Below are positions 34,680-45,035 of a DNA stretch of 55,712 bases, piece after piece. The notes beneath the pieces are model-generated. The model had not been told where the DNA came from. It ran no database searches and was given only the letters and a program-made list of their open reading frames with translations. Every line of letters begins with the position of its first letter. Positions within the stretch are counted from its first letter, which is position 1. The stretch is from Octopus bimaculoides (taxonomy: Eukaryota), in NCBI RefSeq assembly GCF_001194135.2, contig NC_068990.1, forward strand, positions 77,032,286 to 77,087,997, given 5' to 3'. The position numbers were made by a program, and so were the translations under genes.

Positions 34680-35324
34680 CATTTCTAGCTCTGACTAAGA
34701 GCTGAACATATTCAGAGAGCTGCTTAATCATTTTATGTTAGAATATGATTCTAAATACATGTTTTGCACGCATTTTAATGTGCCTTGAGAAATAACATTT
34801 AAAGCCAGCCTTGGCAAGATTTGAACTTATTACTGAAAGTGACGTAACTTGAGTGCTACAAGGCATTTCGTTCGAGTCTTTTATCATTTCAATCACTCCA
34901 GCATGTTTGGAATTATGAAAAACTAAAAACCACTCGGAGCAATATTATAAGCACGCTACGTAGCACTACTCTACAGTTTCAAGCTTATACAATTCCACTT
35001 CGCTATACAAGTGAAACGCAAAGTTTGTCAAAAAGCTCATATATAGGTCAAACAAAAGTTTTACTGAGACATGGCAACATTTGTAGTTTCATGAAATAGT
35101 TGTATGCATATTGATCCTAGGTTTCTAACGATCACGTATTTCATGCCTTTAAAACTCAATTTGATATTTTTACACCAGAGGCCTGACCTTTGGCAGTGGT
35201 ATAGCGGAATCATTAGTGTCGAACAATCTGTCTTGTTATGGCATTTTGCGTAGTTCAAAGCTTGCCGAAATCAGCTTTGCCATTTATCTTTCCAGGAGCG
35301 ATCAAATAAAGTATTTGTTAATAT

Positions 35325-35522
35325 TGATTTTTAATTTTTTGCACAAAGCCAGCAGTTTTTGGGGAGGGAGTAAGTCGATTACATCGACCTCAGTACTCAA
35401 AGTGGTACTTATTTTACGGAACCCGAAAGGATGAAAGGCAAAGTCGACTTGGCGGAATTTGAATTTAGAACGTAAAGACGAACGAAATGCCGCTAAGCAC
35501 TACGCCCGGTGTGCTAACGATA
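35325..35522 (-). mobile_element. SINE family A
   Basis: Family A motifs in reverse orientation. Confidence 0.9.
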
Positions 35523-35840
35523 TAACAGTTTACTATTAGAAGCGATTTAATCGACTAATACTTCCTTCCAAATTTCTGGCCTTGATTCTGTGTTAGAAAC
35601 TTATTATTATGCTAATAATTAATAAGCGACGAAAGCAGAGTATTAGCTCAGCAGCGCATTCTGTATATCTTACTTAACAACGGTATACTATAGAAAACCA
35701 CAAAATTGCAGTCTTCGTCTTGAGGAAGCTTCTCATATAGACTTTTAGCGCTAAAAAGGAGAGGAGTGTATTACGACCAGACAAAAAGTGACCATCAGGG
35801 GTGATGGAATTGCTAAATTCGGATTTCTGTGTTCTTGCAG

Positions 35841-35933
35841 GTTACCTGTAGCAAGTATCCTATATCATCTCTTTGCTTGGAAAAGTTTAGCGTCTACTGA
35901 TTATAGAAAAACGGTGTCGCAACTAATTGGCAG
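35841..35933 (+). CDS. candidate 93-nt exon (LPVASILYHLFAWKSLASTDYRKTVSQLIG), unknown product
   Basis: Acceptor gatttctgtgttcttgcag, donor gtaggg, one open frame (phase 2 to 2). No homology recognised. Confidence 0.18.
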
Positions 35934-36699
35934 GTAGGGTAAAATTCGTTATTAGCGACGGAAGCAATACTGGTTCAGAATAGCACTCTGTATATCTTAC
36001 TTAATGTGGATATAATATGGAAAACCACATCATTGTAGTATTTGCCGGGAGAAAAACTCTCATATAGACGTATAGTGCTAAAAAGTACAGACGATGGTCT
36101 TTTTAAAGTTAAAATTGTGTCTAAATATTGGTGTTAAGTTTTATTTCGTCAACGTTTGGATGAAACACAAATAAAATAAGAAAATATGGTGTGAAAATGT
36201 AGAAAAGAATTTGTGCAGTACAATCCTAGTCAAGATAATATACAACTCAACGGTGCGCTAGATAACATCCAAAGGTTTCCATAGTGGAATATCAAAACGC
36301 GGTTGAGTGTCTGGACAAAATGTCTTTGCCCTTGTCATGTACCTTCCCATTCAAATTTTAAAATCCTACCCAGGATCGACTTCGGATTTTCTAGTTTACA
36401 AGTTAACATCTCAAGGTTGACTCAATTGATTATAGATCTCCACACACTAGACATTTCTGGGTTAAAATTTGATATCAATATTTCATAATTAAAGTGTTTT
36501 GTAATAAAACCCATTCTACACTTCCTGCTCTCCTCCTCCTCCTCCTCCTCCTCCTNNNNNNNNNNNNNNNNNNNNNNNNNNNNNNNNNNNNNNNNNCTCA
36601 TCATCATCAGATGCGACAGCTGCAAAAGCAGTAATGATCGTAGTAGAGTTTGTAGTAGTAGTAGTAGTAGTAAGGACAACAGAATCGTTAGAACATTGC

Positions 36700-37097
36700 A
36701 CAAAAAGAGGTTTTGGTTTCGTTTCGGCTTTTACCTTCTTGGTTCAAATCTCACCGATTAAAATTTAAAATTTGCTTTTTATCCTCCCAGGGTCAACGAA
36801 AGTTACAACGAGAGTTCCATACTAACTTACAATTTCCCGAATTTGGGGCCATGTGTTTTTGTAAGCAACAACTTTTATATTACTGGTTTCGAATTTTGAT
36901 ACAAGGTCAGCAATTTTGGGGATGGGTTAAGTCGATTATATCGAATCCAGTGCTCGGCTGGTACTTATTGTATTGACCCCGAAAATGATGAAAAGCAAAG
37001 TTGACCTCAACAGAATTTGAACCCTGAACGTGAAGATGGAGAAATGACGCTAAGTATTTTGCCCGGTGCGCTAACGATTCTGCCAGCTCGCCACCTT
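36700..37097. mobile_element. tail-to-tail SINE-A pair: diverged + copy (36700-36870) and - copy (36881-37097)
   Basis: GGTTCAAATCTCACCGA...TTGCTTTTTATCCTCCCAGGGTCAAC aligns to the family A body; the adjacent copy is in reverse orientation. Confidence 0.75.
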
Positions 37098-37254
37098 TTG
37101 ACTTTTGTTATTAAAAGAAATATACAGTAGACGAGCACAGGAGAGAATGATTAGCAGAGAGAATGATTAGCAGAGAGAATGATTAGAACGTCAGACAAAG
37201 ACCTGGACATGTTGAATTCAGTACCTTTATTTTCTAAGTTTAATTCTTTCTTCT

Positions 37255-37540
37255 CCCAGGTGTCTGGGGAGATGCCAGAGGAGAAGGCCCTGCGGCACGA
37301 TGAACGGCACCGATTGCTGAAGCTCGTAATGCCAACCATGGAGGAGAAACAACAAAGAGAATATTGAAAGAATACACGAGAGGCAGCACTTCTCCGTTGC
37401 TTTAAGTAGCTTCACTTGCAGCAGATGTCATCACTGCTGCAGATCAAGAGCCGGCCTTGTAGTTTACATGCGAACCTGACAGAGATGATTACTGAACAGA
37501 AGCAGTTAACGATGACTGCTCACTTCCCACGAAGGTCACA
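37255..37540 (+). mobile_element. RTE-clade LINE 3' end (C-terminal coiled region and C2H2-like finger)
   Basis: EEKALRHDERHRLLKLVMPTMEEKQQREY, then one frameshift, then RIHERQHFSVALSSFTCSRCHHCCRSRAGLVVYMRT. This matches the WE..A.DR..WR...E and F.C..C...C.SR.GL..H.R pattern of RTE ORF ends. Confidence 0.78.
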
Positions 37541-37587
37541 TATCACTTTTGTTTGGGCGTACGACGTTAACATAATAGTATATTAAT

Positions 37588-37797
37588 ATTCGTTTAAAAT
37601 TTTGGCAAAATGCCAGCAATTTCGAAGGAGGGGTAAGTCGATTCTGTCGACCCCAATGTTCAATTGGTACTTATTTTATCGATCCTGAAAAGATGAAAGG
37701 CAAAGTCGACCGCGGCGGAATTTGAACTTAGAACCTAAAGACGGACGAAATCCCGCTAAGTGTTTTGTCCGGCACGGTAACGATTCTGCCAGCTGGC
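37588..37797 (-). mobile_element. SINE family A
   Basis: Family A motifs in reverse orientation. Confidence 0.9.
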
Positions 37798-38514
37798 AGC
37801 TGTAAATGGAGTGTAAATATTCCATCATCGCAAAATATATGGTTCTATGTCTTTATTAGAGATCGGTATAATGTTAAGGTGAATAAAAGGTACATGTACA
37901 AAACAGCAGGAAATGTTTGACTGTTAAAGACATCAGGTAATCTGCTGAGTGAAAATAACTGTGATAAGCTGTGCATGAGATACTAACAGAAGACACTCAT
38001 CCTGGTGTGTGTATGTGGAGGGGAGATATTTGCCGCATGTTGTTAGTGTGGAGTATTTGTAATCCAGTAGGATGAGGTGGTCGTTTTGTTTTGCACACAA
38101 CTACAAGAGATTCCCCAAACATGCATGTATACATATATACACACATACTTTCACTGATACATACACGCATATATATATATATATATATANNNNNNNNNNN
38201 NNNNNNNNNNNNNNNNNNNNNNNNNNNNNNNNNNNNNNNNNNNNNNNNNNNNNNNNNNNNNNNNNNNNNNNNNNNNNNNNNNNNNNNNNNNNNNNNNNNN
38301 NNNNNNNNNNNNNNNNNNNNNNNNNNNNNNNNNNNNNNNNNNNNNNNNNNNNNNNNNNNNNNNNNNNNNNNNNNNNNNNNNNNNNNNNNNNNNNNNNNNN
38401 NNNNNNNNNNNNNNNNNNNNNNNNNNNNNNNNNNNNNNNNNNNNNNNNNNNNNNNNNNNNNNNNNNNNNNNNNNNNNNNNNNNNNNNNNNNNNNNNNNNN
38501 NNNNNNNNNNNNNN

Positions 38515-38566
<52 letters not shown>

Positions 38567-39660
38567 TGTGTGTGTGTGTGTGTGCGTGCGTGTGATTATA
38601 TACATGTATATATGCATATCATCCACATACTCTATATACTTATATCTTCTGTATGATTTAATTACAAAACAAATATTTTTTTCTGTATATCTCCTAATTA
38701 TCTCTTTCTAATTCTTTTACCTGTCAGTTGATCCTAATTCCCCTAGGCAGACAAAGAGAGATAACTCGTTATTCTTGATTACAACCATTTTTTCTGAAAA
38801 AGTAGCGATTTAAAAAAAAAAACTACCTCATATTTTTACTTTTATTCACACAAATCTTTAAATTCTTCATAGAAGTAAGTACACTATAATTTGTTATTAA
38901 TCTAATACTTTTTCTGCATAATAGTATGTATCTGTTAGTTCATATAAATGCTACAGAATAATAATAATGATAACAACTTTTCTCTAGCATAAGTAACGAT
39001 AAATTTCTGTCCATAATCGGATGTAGAATTAGTATCTAGATATTTTATTTAACTAATATACCATCCACCATATATTGATCTCACCCAGTAAAGATAGAAA
39101 TCTCTTTATGAGTGAACCATTCTAAATTCCTACTTTAGTATACAATATAGCCTAATTTTTCATAACCATAACTTTAGAATATTATAACCAATTATTATTT
39201 CTTATATTTTATATCCCAAATCACTTATGGCTTTTCTAGTTTCATTCAATTAAATAATTTGCCTCTATTTTATTCCCATTTCGTTATTTTTTCTCCCAGA
39301 AAAAATTCTTTTTCTCTATATTCTTATTTTTTTACCCTTCACTCTTCTCTTTAATTCATTCTATTTACTTAACGTCTTCACAATATCTTACCTTAATTTT
39401 TTAAATGATTACATAATGTCCTTCAATATTTATAACCGTCTATTTTTCAAATCCATCATAGTCTTTTAGCATGATTTGGTTAACTAATATCTCCTTTTAC
39501 TACCCCTTTTAACGTTCAATCTTTTCTAACAACTTAACGTTTACATTACTTGGATATATGAATATGCGGCCCTCATCTATCTTATTTAGTACGCTTCTTA
39601 CCACCAATTTGAATTCCTTTGAAAAAATATGTAAGCATTAGCCTTTTGTACTAGATAGGC

Positions 39661-39787
39661 TGCTCTGATGATATCTGGTTATACTGTGTCTCTTGCTTTT
39701 TTTACATCTAGAACTCTTAATATGGTTCGAATCGTGCGGATGTGAAACACTGCTTCCCTAATGACCAGATTGAAACGTGTGTAGGCA
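39661..39787 (+). ncRNA. type-I hammerhead ribozyme-like fold with an ~80-nt loop on stem II
   Basis: TGCT-CTGATGA-T-ATCTGGTTA...TGACCAGAT-T-GAAA-C-gtgt-GTA-GGCA: intact core, 9-bp stem II, 4-bp stem I, GUA triplet. The 10.1/11.1 pair is U.U. Confidence 0.5.
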
Positions 39788-39912
39788 ATTTTTATGCTTT
39801 CTTTTGTTGTTAATTTATGTTCCTTTCAATTTTATCTGTATTAAATGGTTTGCTATGTTTTTATCGTGATACAAATAAAATAAGTGTTCACTATATATTT
39901 TTTTCTCCATTT

Positions 39913-39949
<37 letters not shown>

Positions 39950-40644
39950 NNNNNNNNNNNNNNNNNNNNNNNNNNNNNNNNNNNNNNNNNNNNNNNNNNN
40001 NNNNNNNNNNNNNNNNNNNNNNNNNNNNNNNNNNNNNNNNNNNNNNNNNNNNNNNNNNNNNNNNNNNNNNNNNNTATATATATATATATATATATATGTA
40101 TATAAATATATGCGTGTGTATGTATCTATGTATGTTCACTCTGGTGTAAACGATGCGTTGAATTGCGTCCCTTTATGTCAAAACGGTAACTTTAAAGAAG
40201 TTGTCCCAGTATAGTTGCAGTCTTATGATTGAAACTGGAACAAGAATAAACACAAGCTCGACGTATGTTAATTTCCTCTATCACTAAGACTACTATAACT
40301 ACCACAACCACTCGTTTCCTTCAACTAAATTTAGGCTTTAATGAGTGTGTGGCTTAGTGGTTAATATGCTGGGCTCAAGCTTATAAGATCGTGGTTTCGA
40401 ATCACTTTATTTCAAATTGCACCATTCTGTCCAGCACAACATGAGTAAAGGCGTAGCAAACCGGTCATTAACTTTATAACGTGCTAGCGTCCCTTCTAGT
40501 GGGTATTCTTTAACAACAGAAAGAAATAGAGAACGCTTGGTGCTGTTTTCCCTTTAGTGAAAAACTATGCTGTCTCTTGTTTCTCACAACTATAATGGCA
40601 ACAACACGACGACAACGGCGGCGATGATGACAACGACGACAGTA

Positions 40645-40679
<35 letters not shown>

Positions 40680-42179
40680 AATGAAGAGGAGGAGGAGGAG
40701 GAGGAGGAGGAGGAGGCTTATAATGACTATGATGGTACCTCGAACAGCAACTGAAAATAAAAAAAGAAAACGGCTTTCTTTCGTGCTAGAAAAAGAAGAA
40801 TTTACAAGAGCGAGGTGTAAGTTTTTCTCAACCAGAATGTATAATCTTGTGCCTTCGTTATTAGTAGCAGTCGTAATAATTCTTACGTCAAAAGATTGCA
40901 CCTTTTAGCAAAGTACAAAATATACATTATCGCTAAATTCAATTACATCAAGTGAAGACGAAGAAACAATTTTATTTGAAAACGAAATAGAAGTGATTGC
41001 GAGAATGGTTCTCTCTAATCGGGGATTGAAAAGAGAAAGAAAAAAAATAACTTATTGGCAACATCTAGATAAAACTCTGCTAATATTGTCCCTATTCACC
41101 TGTGCTGACGGCAGCTGTAATCTTGTGAGAAGTTATGTACAGTGTGCAAAATTGAGAAGTCAATATATGTTATAAGTAGCAGTTATTAGAAATTATATTG
41201 AACAGCTGTAGATACGACAGAAGCCAGTCGATATACAAGTAGTTAATTGAAGATCTGGATATATTGACTAACCTATTACGCTGTTTATAGTCATAATGTT
41301 GTTATTATACACGAGCTGTTGATGTCTACTGTCAGTATTGAGTGGATTAGAGTGGCTACTGATTAAATATGGAAAGCGTGAAACTTCGGACACATATGTA
41401 CACAGATGGGCACGCCACAAACACTCCGCACCCACTATCGTATATATTTGGATATCCAAGTAGACTGTTGGTCAACAAGAGTCAACGGTTCGTGTCTTGT
41501 TGCGCAACATGACGGCCATTAGAACAGCAGTAAAATACAAATTGTACAATGATTTTAGAAGTACTTTATGTCTGAATAAAAGACAGGACTGTAAAAGACG
41601 AGAAGACATTTGACTGTAGGTCTATTCAAGACCCTCTCCTTCTCGAATAGACCATAGATCTATTCGAGAAAGAGAGGACACAGGTAAATATAAATAACAA
41701 CATTAAACTGGCACAGTCCTAACTGAATAACATTTCGAATAACAAGCTCACTTATAAAAGCGGTTGAACTGTAAAACTTGCTATATGTGTAACTTAAAAT
41801 TTGGATCCAAGGCGAAACCATTATTATTTTGCTATTCCATCTTGCTTCCGCCAACACCTATAAGTAAACCTCTAGAATTTGTATTAGTGCATCTGTAATA
41901 CAGGGTTTGTGCCGAAAGTTATGCATAAAGGTGCGTGGTAGCACAACTTGTTTATTAAGTGACACAAATCGTTTAAACTCTTTCTCTTTAGTAATTTTTT
42001 TTTGCTGTTTTTCTTCATAAAAAAAAAATAATGCGAGAAAACAAAACAAAAAAAAACTAGGTTCTAATCAGAAACAACGTACCTTCATTGAGTTCTTAAG
42101 AAAGGAAAAGTGAATGCTGTCCGACATTCGCTAAATGCTAGTGGCTCTTTACAAAGATTACACCATTGGCAAAAGTAAT

Positions 42180-42610
42180 GTGCACAGATGAATAAAGAAA
42201 TTTAAAGGAGGGAACCCTGCACGGAAGACAAGCCATGCGACCACTGCCACGATCCACTAGCGACTGGACGAATTGATTCGATACAGAAGTCCCAATCCGT
42301 GAGCTTGTTACGCAACTGGAATGCATTACAGAAGATTATAGAAGACTCTATGTATAGGTGATCATGTGTAAAGTGAGTAGCTCGGAAATTGACATCAGAA
42401 CAATGGAGGTTTGCTCAGATCATCCAGAAACGTTTGAGCCAATGAAGGCTCGTTCTTCTTTTCGATCTAGTAACAAGGGATGAAACGTGGGCGTACCTTT
42501 ATGATCCGGAAATAAAGGATTAGTTCATGGAATAACGCCACTCCACTCCTCTAAGACCTAAGGGATCGACACAGAAAATGATGGTGACTAGTTTTTGGAA
42601 GATAAGTTCG
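42180..42610 (+). mobile_element. highly decayed mariner transposase (HTH to first catalytic D)
   Basis: Fragments IKKFKGG...EDKP, PIRELVTQLE, MCKVS and DLVTRDETWAYLYDPEIKD*FME*RH...QKMMVTSFW match the mariner VTGDETW.Y.YDPE.K.QS.EW pattern. Confidence 0.8.
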
Positions 42611-43064
42611 CGATTCTCCATAATTTTCTGAAATTTTCTCTATGTACAATGTTCTCTGCAGAATATAATTTTCATTCTTAGATTTTGCTATAATGTTATA
42701 TCTACTGGTATTTTCTACATACATAAAGCTGAACATGAGAAAAGCATTCATTATTCTATAGCCGGATGTCGATATTCGTAAGCGCTTGGCCTTCAGCTTT
42801 GTGAATTGCATAATCAAAGGATAATTTCACAGGAAATTTGATGCCTTTGCATTTCAAATGGCAATGCTTGATAGTTTGGCATAAATAAATCATTCTTATT
42901 GTGGGCGCAACAAGTGATGGTAGGGGAAATATCTGTGCTGGTGAGTCTCTTAATAACATAGTTTGCCCTTTTGCAATGGAGAAGTACAACGGATGCACTT
43001 GTCTGAGACGCAGTCTGTAGTGAGCCATTCCACTTAAACAAATATTGCTTAAAAATAATACGTT

Positions 43065-43273
43065 TTAATTTTACTTGTTTCAGTCATTTCATTGCGGTCA
43101 TACTGGGGCACCGGCTTGAAGGATTTTAATCGAACAAATCGACTCCAAGACATTTTTAAAGCCTAGTACTTATCCTATCAGTCTCTTTTACCGAACCGAT
43201 AAATTACAGGGAACTAAACACGCCAACATCGTCTGTCAAGCGATGATAGGGGAAAAACACAAACACAAATACA

Positions 43274-43356
<83 letters not shown>

Positions 43357-43538
43357 ACATGTATGTGTATGTGTGTACATACGACGGGTTTCTTTCAATT
43401 TCCATCTACCAAATCCACTTACAAGGCTTTAGTTGGCCCGAGGCTATAGAAGAAGACACCTTCCCAAGGTTCCACACAGTGGAATTGAACCAGGACCCAT
43501 ATGTTGGGAAGCAAGATTCTTACCACACAGCCACGCCT
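43065..43538 (-). mobile_element. SINE family B, full length, inserted in the Helitron helicase region
   Basis: Reverse complement of the 33520-33937 structure, including the internal (CA)n. Confidence 0.92.
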
Positions 43539-44580
43539 ACAACTTTGAGTGAAAAAGGCTTCATCACAATCGAGGATTATTGGAAAGCTGTCTTTCATAT
43601 TATCGTTAGTACAAAGGATTAACCACTCCAAACATCAGTCTGTATAGATTTACAGTTTCCTTGGATGTTCCCTAATATAATTGCTAAAGATTTTGTAGTC
43701 TGTCCAAGAATTTTAATAGAACCTAGAATTTTTTGTCTTCAATTCACTTCGCTAATATAGCTCTTTTCTTTCTTTCGGTCAAATTTCCTTCGTGGTCGCG
43801 TGCTGCAGTCTGAATACGCATATTTGTGATAAACCACAAAATTTGAAGACCTGCTGAATGCGGAAAGCTTTTGAAGCATTACCTAAATGCATCTGCAAGA
43901 CCCTGTGTGGTACGCCAGGTAGAATTTGACGCCAGTCATCTGAAAATGCAATTTCAAAAATGTTGAATGTGTAGTTCATTGACTTTAAATGTTTAAATGA
44001 CTTCTTGTTTTGTAGTAACTTCATCGATATCGATTAATCATGTTGGGCTAATTAGCTGCACAGCTGTACAGCTTTGTGATATATTGAAATTTGATTACAG
44101 AATTGTCTTTAGTGAGGTTTTGATGCGAAAATGTTCAGTTCGGCCATTAGGTATAAGTACTGCAGCTCTTCATGATGTGCTGTCGCAAGAGCGATCTAGT
44201 GTTCGTATCACATTCTAGTAAATATGATTGACAAAAAAAAACAAACAAAAAAAAAGCCACTCCCTCCTGAAGCATCGCTTCATGTCTGATGGGGCAGCAC
44301 ATTTATAAAGAGCCTACTACTCAAGATCGCAATGTTGGTTTCCATTGCCTGTTTCAGCTCTTTTGTATTGAATTCTATCTTTTCTCTCACAAAATTCGGT
44401 TCGCGACGTCCAAATGTGCTAAGGTGAAGGCGGGGACATTAAAGTCTTTCTCAATGCCGAAATCTTTACGCTCCATGTTTCCTATTTCTAACAACACTTG
44501 AACAATCTTGTCATTTGACTCGTGCACAACACAATGTATTTTGTCACCACGTAAATTGCAGGAATACATATATATAAGTA

Positions 44581-44727
44581 TATTATTTAAAACTGTTAGA
44601 TTCGGTTCCATGAGATCTAAAGTGTTTTGGGAGACTCTAACAGAAGCTCGTCTCTTTCACGGGCTTCTGTTAGAGGCCCGCGAAACCTTAAGTCCCATAG
44701 AACCGAATCAAACTGTTTTAAATAATA
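44581..44727. mobile_element. fold-back (palindromic) MITE-like element inside the Helitron
   Basis: The 44581-44650 and 44660-44727 arms are imperfect reverse complements (e.g. TATTATTTAAAAC, GATTCGGTTC and CTCTAACAGAAGC blocks) around a 9-nt loop. Confidence 0.75.
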
Positions 44728-44786
44728 CATGTATCTCTTACTAAATGTGCCGAGTTCCTTTTTCTGTCGTTTGTCCACTCGCCTGC

Positions 44787-44820
<34 letters not shown>

Positions 44821-45002
44821 NNNNNNNNNNNNNNNNNNNNNNNNNNNNNNNNNNNNNNNNNNNNNNNNNNNNNNNNNNNNNNNNNNNNNNNNNNNNNNNN
44901 NNNNNNNNNNNNNNNNNNNNNNNNNNNNNNNNNNNNNNNNNNNNNNNNNNNNNNNNNNNNNNTGTGCGTGCGTGTGTGCGTGTGTATGTGTGTGTGTGTG
45001 TG

Positions 45003-45035
<33 letters not shown>

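Noticed and set aside
37141-37186. Three tandem 16-bp units (GAGAGAATGATTAGCA), CRISPR-like at first glance
   Set aside because: There are no spacers; it is a simple minisatellite slippage in eukaryotic DNA. No CRISPR array exists in the window.
37260-37420. Apparent terminal exon with in-frame TGA suggesting selenocysteine or readthrough (...QREY*KNTREAALLRCFK)
   Set aside because: A one-base frameshift joins it to SFTCSRCHHCCRSRAGLVVYMRT, the RTE LINE C-terminus, so the TGA is decay.
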